Source of the DNA: a virus
Virus record (IMG/VR): IMGVR_UViG_3300000970_000004
Coordinates: 1 to 40,068 of that record
DNA length: 40,068 nucleotides
Reading direction: 5' to 3' (one strand)
Notes under the pieces: generated by a model
Seen by the model: the letters and a program-made list of their open reading frames with translations, nothing else
The model's database searches: none
What the model was told of the DNA's origin: nothing
Position numbers and translations under genes: made by a program
In this document: positions 33,718 to 40,068 of the stretch, piece after piece
Layout of the letters: every line of letters starts with the position of its first letter
Position numbering within the stretch: position 1 is the first letter of the stretch

Positions 33718-33767
33718 AGTCTTTCCCCTTCGCCTGACAATTACCATTCACGCAGGCGATTGACTTG

Positions 33768-33791
33768 GCCCCGCTTCGGCGGGGCTTTTTT
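33768..33791 (+). terminator. Rho-independent terminator ending the middle operon
   Basis: GCCCCGC-TTCG-GCGGGGC followed by T6. Confidence 0.85.
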
Positions 33792-34049
33792 ATTGCTTTT
33801 TCATAACGCCGCATGTTATGGGAAACTTCAGTGGAAGTTGTGCACAAGCTTTCCCGCCGCACATGAGCATAGGCCGCTAAAAAATGGGCTTCGCGATTAC
33901 AGAGGTGCGTTAGAACTGTGACTGCCAAGAGAGTGTGGCAAGACCATGCGGTGGCCAACGTCTTCAAACTTCTGACCACCAAAAATTCGAATGCCCTTAG
34001 CGGCTTATAGTCAGGCGACAGACTTAACAACGCGAAGTGAATGGTTAAG

Positions 34050-34089
34050 GCCCGCTAAGTTGTTCAGACGGAAGCGGGCTTTTTCTTTG
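34050..34089 (+). terminator. Second terminator-like hairpin in the non-coding region upstream of terS
   Basis: GCCCGCT / AGCGGGC 7-bp stem, 16-nt loop, then TTTTTCTTT. Confidence 0.55.
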
Positions 34090-34169
34090 CCTCAAATTGA
34101 CAAAAAAAACGCGACCCGCTAACGCGGGTTGAAATCAATCGCTGAAATCTCAAACAGGAAGCGAATAAA

Positions 34170-34535
34170 ATGACACAAAACACACCCGACAACATATCGA
34201 ATAGCGATAATGAAAAGCCTGAATTAGCAGGACAAGAGCAGAAAAAAGACACACGTTTCAAAAAAGGTCAGTCTGGCAACCCCAAGGGACGCAAGAAAGG
34301 TTCTCGAAATAAGATAACGAAAGCCTATCTGAACGCGCTCCGAAAGGACTTCTTGGAGCATGGCGAAAGCACGCTGAAGAAGGTCAGGGAGAAAGACCCT
34401 AAAGCGTATATGAAGCTTGTCGCTGACCTTGTTCCCAAAGAGGTTGACCTTGACCCGCAAGGCAATGGCGACGTTTCGCTGTATATCGTGAAATCATTTG
34501 ATGCCGTCCCTGAAGCGAGTGACGACGAAAAATAA
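34170..34535 (+). CDS. terS: Terminase small subunit-like protein (DUF5681-type, 121 aa)
   Basis: TRFKKGQSGNPKGRKKGSRN motif. Directly upstream of terL with a TAATG overlap. Confidence 0.6.
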   Translation: MTQNTPDNISNSDNEKPELAGQEQKKDTRFKKGQSGNPKGRKKGSRNKITKAYLNALRKDFLEHGESTLKKVREKDPKAYMKLVADLVPKEVDLDPQGNGDVSLYIVKSFDAVPEASDDEK

Positions 34536-35926
34536 TGACCGTCGTTCGCCTTCCAAACAACAACTGGCGTCCGCGTAATTATCAGCTTCCGTTTTGGAAT
34601 GAATGGGTTGTGAATGGCAAAGACCGAGCCATTGAAATCGCTCACAGACGTTGGGGCAAGGACGACATTGTTCTGCATGGCAGCGCGATAAAGACGCAAG
34701 AGCGCGTCGGGAACTATTGGCATTGTATGCCGCTCTATAAGCAGGCCCGGGTTGCGCTGTGGAACGGCATAAACGCCCATACGGGCAAGCGCCGCATTGA
34801 TGAAGCCTTTCCAATGGAACTGCGAGCTTCGACCAGCGACAGCGACATGATGATTAAATTCAAGAACGGTTCGACATGGCAGTTGATAGGCTCTGACAGC
34901 TACAACAGCTTAGTCGGCGCAGGAACGGCGGGAATAAGCTTTTCAGAATGGGCGCTGTGTAACCCGTCAGCTTGGGCTTACTTCCGCCCCATGCTTGAAG
35001 AAAACCAAGGATGGGCGACATTCATCACGACGCCGCGCGGACGCAATCACGCAAAGCGCATGTTCGACATTGGCCGCAACAGCAAGCGTTGGTTCGCTGA
35101 AGTCAGCAGCGTTGACCAGACTGGCGCATTGACCAAGGCCCAACTGGACGAAGCGCTTCAAGAATATGCGGCGGTTCATGGTTACGACATGGGCTTGGCG
35201 CTGCTTCAACAAGAATATTATTGCAGCTTCAACGCAGCCATTCCCGGCGCTTACTACGCCCGCGAAATGCTGGCTGTCAGAAACGAAGAGCGCATTACAG
35301 CCGATTGCATCGCTGTCGAAGGCCAGCCCGTTCACACTGCATGGGACTTGGGCGTTTCGAAGGGCGCGCTCTGCATATGGTTCTTTCAGGTCGTTGGTCA
35401 GCAGATTTACGTTCTTGACGTGATGGTGACGGGCGACCTTGGCATTGACAACGCGAAAGATGAAATCCTGAAGCGGCGCGAACTATACGGCTGGACTGCT
35501 GGCGTTGACTTCGTTCCGCATGACGCCCGCGTTCGTGAATTAGGCGCACCCGGCGCGCGGACAAGAGTTGAAACAATGCGCGCTGAAGGCCTGCGTCCGT
35601 CCATCGTTCCACAGCAAACGCTTGACGATGGTCGCAACGCTGTCAGACAGACTTTGCCCTTCTGCGTGTTCCATCCGCGCTGTGAAGAAGCAGGCATTGC
35701 AGCGCTTGAAGCCTATCACCGCGAATGGGACGACGACAAGAAAACCTTCCTGAATAGAGCGGTCCCGGACTGGTCTTCGCATCCCGCCGACGCCTTCCGC
35801 TATCTGTCAATCAGTTGGAAATCAGTTGAAAAAGCTTTCAAAAAAGACAAGAGAGTTCAACCAAGCGGCACTGTTATTCTTCAAGGCGCGCCAAAACCAA
35901 CCAGTTCAAAAAGGATTAGGTTATGA
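34535..35926 (+). CDS. terL: Terminase large subunit (463 aa)
   Basis: Deviant Walker A IAHRRWGKDD and an ATPase-coupling segment FKNGSTWQLIGSD...GISFSEWA. C-terminal RNaseH-like nuclease residues are present (HTAWDLG..., FVPHDA). Confidence 0.85.
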   Translation: MTVVRLPNNNWRPRNYQLPFWNEWVVNGKDRAIEIAHRRWGKDDIVLHGSAIKTQERVGNYWHCMPLYKQARVALWNGINAHTGKRRIDEAFPMELRASTSDSDMMIKFKNGSTWQLIGSDSYNSLVGAGTAGISFSEWALCNPSAWAYFRPMLEENQGWATFITTPRGRNHAKRMFDIGRNSKRWFAEVSSVDQTGALTKAQLDEALQEYAAVHGYDMGLALLQQEYYCSFNAAIPGAYYAREMLAVRNEERITADCIAVEGQPVHTAWDLGVSKGALCIWFFQVVGQQIYVLDVMVTGDLGIDNAKDEILKRRELYGWTAGVDFVPHDARVRELGAPGARTRVETMRAEGLRPSIVPQQTLDDGRNAVRQTLPFCVFHPRCEEAGIAALEAYHREWDDDKKTFLNRAVPDWSSHPADAFRYLSISWKSVEKAFKKDKRVQPSGTVILQGAPKPTSSKRIRL

Positions 35927-38280
35927 ACGAGAACCAAGACACAGAGCAAAAGCGCGTTGATTTTGGGACATCGCAACACTGGAAAGAAGCGCTGCAAGAC
36001 AGCTTCAGCGCCTTCGAAGATTATCACTCGAAATGTGACAGCATAGCCAAGCTATATGCGACGCTGAAAGGCGGCGAAAGCACTGAACGGGAATTCAAAA
36101 TCTTCTGGTCTAACATCGAAGTTCTGAAGCCGTCAGTTTATGCCCGCCCGCCTGTCCCGGTTGTCGTTCCGCGCTTTAAAGACCTGAAAGAGCTTCCGCG
36201 CACTGCTTCTGAAATGCTTGAACGGACGCTGATAACGAACTTTGAACTGCAAGACCTCGACTACACAATGAAAATGGCGCGCGACGATTATCTTCTGTTT
36301 GGTCGCGGCATTCTTTGGAACCGTTACAAGTCTGAAGGCGGCGAACCGACTGTTTCCAGCGACGACGCCAAGGTTGACTTCAGCGAAAGCGCTATTGTCG
36401 AACACGTTTCACGTCGTGATTTCCGCCATGACCCGGCGCGCAAATGGTCAGAAGTTGGATGGGTTGCCAAGCGCTCTTATCTGACGAAGCCGAAATTCAT
36501 TGCCCGATTTGGTCAGCAATTTGCGTCTGTCGAAGCCAAGAAGGTCAAGGACAATGACGACGAAGCTTACGGCGAAGCCAAGGTTGAAGTTTGGGAGATT
36601 TGGGACAAGACGACGAAAAAGGTCATTTGGGTAAGCCCTGCGTCTGAAGTTATTCTTGATATGCGCCCGCCTCATTTACAGCTTGAAGGCTTCTTTCCAT
36701 GCCCGCGCCCCTGCTATGGCTCACTGGTTGAAAACACGCTTATTCCCGTTCCTGACTTCGTTTACTACAAGGACCAAGTTGAAGAGATTAACGAACTGAC
36801 GGCGCGCATTTCCAAGCTGTCTGAAGCGCTCAAAATGAAGGGCTTTTATGCGGCGGGCGAAAGCGAGTTAAAGGACGCTATCGAAGCGGCTATTGCGAAT
36901 GAAAGCAACAGCGCCGTCCTTGTCCCGGTTTCGAATATGGCTGCGTTGGGCGGGAAATCGCTGAAAGACAGCATTGTTTGGCTTCCTGTCCAAGAGGTCG
37001 CGGGAATTATCCAAGTTCTTATTGGTCAGCGTAAGCAGCTTGTTCAGGACGTTTACGAAATCACTGGCATTTCAGACATCGTTCGCGGCGCGACTGACCC
37101 GAACGAAACAGCTTCAGCGCAGAAGATTAAGGCGCAATGGGGAAGCGTCCGCATTCGTGAGCGTCAGGGCGAACTTGCCCGTCTATCGCGCGACACAACG
37201 CGCATAATGGCTGAAATCATGGCTGAAAATTATCAGCAGCAGACGTTCGTTCACATGTCGCAAATGGACGTTCAGACTGACGAAGCTGTTCAGCAGCAAG
37301 TTCAGCAAATCCAACATGGCGCACAGCGACACATTCAGCAGCTTCAGCAGCAAGCGCCGCAACAGATGCCGCAACAGGGCCAAGGTCCACAACAGCCGCC
37401 ACAGCCACAGCCTGAACAAATCATGCAGCAAGTTCAGGCCAAAGTCGCGGAGCTTCAGAAGACCGTCACCTTCGAAAAGGTCATTTCACTGTTCAGAAGC
37501 CAGAAGGCCCGGGCGTTCCTTATCGAAATCGAAGTGGACAGCACAATTCAACCTGACGAAGACGCTGAAAAGCAGCGCAGGACGGAATTCTTGACTTCTG
37601 TCGGCGGCTTCGTGTCTCAAATCTTGCCAATGGTTCAGAGCGTTCCACAGACAGGCGAATTCGCCGCTGAAGCGCTCAAGTTCGCTGTCGGCGGCTTCCG
37701 GGCTGGTCGTCAGCTTGAAGGTGTCATTGAAGAGATGTCAGACAAGCTGAAGCAGCTTTCCAAGAAGCCGCAACAGGAAGGTCCGACGCCCGAACAAATC
37801 GAACAGGCCGTGGCTAAGAGTGTCGAAGGGAAGCGTGTTGAAGTCGAAGCCATTAAAGCCAAGGGCGCGGCTGATAAAGCCCAACTTGAACTGCTGAAGG
37901 TTCAGCGGGAAATGAACACACCGCCGCCAGCAACGCCGCCAGTCGATAACAGGCCGCAAATCGCTGCGAACAATCTGAAGCAGCAAGAATTGGCTATGAA
38001 AGAGCGCGTTGAAAAGCAGAAGATTGCGGCCAATATCGAAGTGAAGCGCATTGAAATCGCCGCGCAAGCCGCCATGAAAACGACAGAGAGCCAGCAGGCG
38101 CAGACGCTTGAAGCAATCCCTCAAGAGCCCACCCCGGACCCTATGGCAGCAGTCGCGCCAATGCTGGAGCGCTTGACACAAATGGTCGAAGAACTTACGG
38201 CGGCACAAACGGCCCCGAAACAAGTCGTTCGTGACGGCGCTGGAAATGTTGTGGGGATTGAAACAGCACGAAGAGGATAA
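35923..38280 (+). CDS. Portal protein with a long Q/P-rich, helical C-terminal extension (785 aa)
   Basis: ATGA overlap with terL. The size and the N-terminal 480 aa are portal-like (FKIFWSNIEVLKPSVYARPPVPVVVPRF). The C-terminal 300 aa or so are low-complexity and coiled-coil. Confidence 0.7.
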   Translation: MNENQDTEQKRVDFGTSQHWKEALQDSFSAFEDYHSKCDSIAKLYATLKGGESTEREFKIFWSNIEVLKPSVYARPPVPVVVPRFKDLKELPRTASEMLERTLITNFELQDLDYTMKMARDDYLLFGRGILWNRYKSEGGEPTVSSDDAKVDFSESAIVEHVSRRDFRHDPARKWSEVGWVAKRSYLTKPKFIARFGQQFASVEAKKVKDNDDEAYGEAKVEVWEIWDKTTKKVIWVSPASEVILDMRPPHLQLEGFFPCPRPCYGSLVENTLIPVPDFVYYKDQVEEINELTARISKLSEALKMKGFYAAGESELKDAIEAAIANESNSAVLVPVSNMAALGGKSLKDSIVWLPVQEVAGIIQVLIGQRKQLVQDVYEITGISDIVRGATDPNETASAQKIKAQWGSVRIRERQGELARLSRDTTRIMAEIMAENYQQQTFVHMSQMDVQTDEAVQQQVQQIQHGAQRHIQQLQQQAPQQMPQQGQGPQQPPQPQPEQIMQQVQAKVAELQKTVTFEKVISLFRSQKARAFLIEIEVDSTIQPDEDAEKQRRTEFLTSVGGFVSQILPMVQSVPQTGEFAAEALKFAVGGFRAGRQLEGVIEEMSDKLKQLSKKPQQEGPTPEQIEQAVAKSVEGKRVEVEAIKAKGAADKAQLELLKVQREMNTPPPATPPVDNRPQIAANNLKQQELAMKERVEKQKIAANIEVKRIEIAAQAAMKTTESQQAQTLEAIPQEPTPDPMAAVAPMLERLTQMVEELTAAQTAPKQVVRDGAGNVVGIETARRG

Positions 38281-38285
38281 CCAGC

Positions 38286-38522
38286 ATGGCTTCAGCAACT
38301 AAAACAGAGATTATTGAAGCCCTGATTTACGCCCTTGATGAAATTGGTTCGCGCTCTACGCCGCCGATTGACCTACAAGACGAAAACGAAGTGACGCCGG
38401 AATTCGTCAAAAAACATCATCTTTTATTTGACCCGCTTTCACGCGAAATGGATATGGTCCCTGAATGGTTTTTGGTTCACGCGGACACAATCAAGACAGG
38501 CCTGAAAAGACTGAAGGGCTAG
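38286..38522 (+). CDS. Small hypothetical protein (78 aa)
   Basis: ORF between the portal and tailspike-like genes, 3 nt from the next ATG. Confidence 0.6.
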   Translation: MASATKTEIIEALIYALDEIGSRSTPPIDLQDENEVTPEFVKKHHLLFDPLSREMDMVPEWFLVHADTIKTGLKRLKG

Positions 38523-38525
38523 AAA

Positions 38526-40068
38526 ATGGCGACGATTACAGTCAACACGGACCAAAACTATTCCGCCCTGACGACGCTGGTTGATAATGATATTATCTCG
38601 CTTACAGCTTCAGCCCGCCTGACAATCGACACTTCAACAGTTGACGTTCGTCGTTGGGATTGCATCACAGACGGCGAGTTTTACGTTGAAAACACAACAA
38701 CAACGCCGCGATTTATTCACGTCGGTTCGACAGGGACAAACCCAAGAATTCGACTTGAAGCTGGCGGGCGCTGGACCTGTCGCGGCGAACTTATCACAAT
38801 CGGAACCAGCGACGGAACCGCAAACCAGACGTTCACATTGCCAACTGACGGCGCTGAAGAATATGGCCTTTTAGGTGGCGTATTCGTTGACATGCCGACG
38901 CCTGACACGCTTCTTTTGACGCCTGAAGTTGAAGTTCCGCGACTAATGGCGCGCGTTGAAGACTTGACGAATGCGCTTGGACACGAGCGCCGGGGCGCTG
39001 TTTTTGAACATGACATTGCGAATAATCGCATTGTCTTTGGTGACGGAACTGGCGGCTGGATACCGCCAAACGGCGCGGTCATTAAAGTGCCAAACATTCA
39101 AATCAAATGCACGAACACAAGCACTGCGCAGCCTATATTTGACCTTGCTTTGTCTGGTCGTTTGGATTGGGACGGCGTGTCTATTTCAGGTGGAACGACT
39201 GACGTAACCACAATGAATTGTGACTTCGATAACGGCGCTGGTCAGACGCTAAAGAATTGCTGCATTCACTCTAAGGACACGACACCTATAAACTTCAACG
39301 TCAACGCCGGACGTGTGACGCTTGAGAATGTCGTTCTGTCAGTCGAAAAGGAACTGATTGTTTCGGCTGGCGCGGTCCCGCCTTCAGTTTTAAATCTTTT
39401 CTTAATGAGCCGCTATAACCTCAATAATGATTACGGCATTGAATGCTTCAATAATACGGGCGGAACTTTTGACAATATCGTTGTCGTGCAAGGCGATATG
39501 AGCAACGGAAGCGCCTCAAGGGGCGCATGGGCTGGTTCGTCGCAAAACGTCACTATCGGGCGTCTTTGGACGGCCTCTTATAATCCAGCCTGTTACTTCG
39601 CAACGGGCGCTTCAAACTGCGTTTTGAAAGAGCTATACCCATGCGGGCGTGGTTCGAGGTCGCAAGGTTTGCCAAGCACAAAAACAGCCGTTGTCAGAAC
39701 AACAACCGCCAGCAACATCACGGTTGAAAACATCATTAACGACATGACGATTGCTGAAGGCTACATGTCGCACCGCGAAGCGTTGATGTATTGCACGGCG
39801 GGCTCCAAAGACGTGACGCTTTTACAGGCGACGCATAACGCGAACGGTCAGCTTGACCATATTACGAATGAAAGCGGCTCAAACACTCGCATTGCAAATG
39901 TGACGATTGAAGGGCAGTTGTTGAACAAGGTTTCAGAGCTTCAAACCGCCAGTTCTGGCATGAAAATGTATAACCTAGAATTTGAAGACACGCAGACAAA
40001 CGGAACGTCAACTGAATTTGGCTTTGGGACGCAATACCTTCATTCAATGGTTAAAAATCGACTAACGA
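38526..40068 (+). CDS. N-terminal part of the junction-spanning beta-helix tailspike-like protein (runs off the window end)
   Basis: Manual translation from ATG 38526 finds no stop through 40068. Recurrent short beta-strand rungs rich in N/G/T/V (NVTIGRLW, SNITVENII, KDVTLLQATH, TRIANVTIEG) are typical of right-handed parallel beta-helices. Confidence 0.6.
   Translation, partial: MATITVNTDQNYSALTTLVDNDIISLTASARLTIDTSTVDVRRWDCITDGEFYVENTTTTPRFIHVGSTGTNPRIRLEAGGRWTCRGELITIGTSDGTANQTFTLPTDGAEEYGLLGGVFVDMPTPDTLLLTPEVEVPRLMARVEDLTNALGHERRGAVFEHDIANNRIVFGDGTGGWIPPNGAVIKVPNIQIKCTNTSTAQPIFDLALSGRLDWDGVSISGGTTDVTTMNCDFDNGAGQTLKNCCIHSKDTTPINFNVNAGRVTLENVVLSVEKELIVSAGAVPPSVLNLFLMSRYNLNNDYGIECFNNTGGTFDNIVVVQGDMSNGSASRGAWAGSSQNVTIGRLWTASYNPACYFATGASNCVLKELYPCGRGSRSQGLPSTKTAVVRTTTASNITVENIINDMTIAEGYMSHREALMYCTAGSKDVTLLQATHNANGQLDHITNESGSNTRIANVTIEGQLLNKVSELQTASSGMKMYNLEFEDTQTNGTSTEFGFGTQYLHSMVKNRLT
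39949..40068. repeat. Terminal direct repeat, copy 2 (identical to 1..120)
   Basis: Exact 120/120 identity to the window start. Confidence 0.97.

Noticed and set aside
33960-34010. Possible tRNA (TTCGAAT T-loop-like string at about 33986)
   Set aside because: The flanking bases do not form a T-arm or acceptor stem. No cloverleaf could be built here or elsewhere in the window.
33677-34030. 117-aa - strand ORF in the non-coding region upstream of terS
   Set aside because: It has no SD, is oriented against both flanking operons and spans a terminator. The region fits RNA or DNA signals better.
34097-34125. Late promoter upstream of terS (TTGACA at 34097..34102)
   Set aside because: The hexamer 17 nt downstream (TAACGC) is a poor -10, so it was kept only as part of the non-coding-region finding.
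37738-38298. 186-aa - strand ORF opposite the portal C-terminus
   Set aside because: It is antisense to a low-complexity K/E/Q-rich coding region. Its product is Cys/Arg/Leu-rich with no start context.
1-40068. CRISPR array, integrase/attP or a lysogeny module
   Set aside because: No regularly spaced direct repeats and no tyrosine or serine recombinase motifs were found. The only repressor-like gene sits inside the early lytic operon.

Overview
The window is a complete, circularly closed genome of a tailed dsDNA phage. It holds 39,948 bp of unique sequence, and bases 1..120 are repeated exactly at 39949..40068. One ORF (38526 -> end -> 1..887) reads straight through the junction. The genome is tightly packed, with many ATGA, TAATG and GTGA start/stop overlaps, and splits into three transcription blocks. 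(1) The late + strand block runs 34170 -> junction -> 20942. It encodes terS, terL, portal, a beta-helix tailspike-like protein, virion proteins, scaffold, major capsid and adaptor/nozzle-like proteins. These are followed by a GNAT-like protein, a Q/N-rich fibre with an S74 chaperone domain, internal-virion-like proteins, a repeat-bearing tail fibre, a small accessory cassette, a GH108 endolysin and a spanin-like pair. (2) The early - strand block runs 28077 -> 20939. It holds small unknown proteins and a PD-(D/E)xK exonuclease plus Sak4-like ATPase recombination pair. It also holds an alphaproteobacterial-type XRE regulator, a MazG-like NTP pyrophosphohydrolase and an HNH endonuclease. (3) The middle + strand block runs 28245 -> 33717. 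It encodes an RHH protein, a DUF1064-type nuclease, a replication-initiator-like protein, a C5 cytosine methyltransferase, a cold-shock protein and a DUF3297-like protein. I found no tRNA, rRNA, CRISPR array, integrase, DNA polymerase, primase/helicase, tape measure or sheath gene. The layout looks like a short-tailed phage that depends on the host replisome. The XRE regulator and terS motifs suggest an alphaproteobacterial host. The most unusual observations are: two protein-like reading frames over the same DNA in the methyltransferase gene; an about 300-residue run of strict 9-residue Q/N/F repeats ending in an S74 intramolecular-chaperone domain; an exact 16-nt leader motif present three times; a 450-bp non-coding region upstream of terS with two terminators and CCGCTAA repeats; and a signal-peptide SNase-like nuclease cassette. 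All functional calls come from motif recognition by eye, with no database search.
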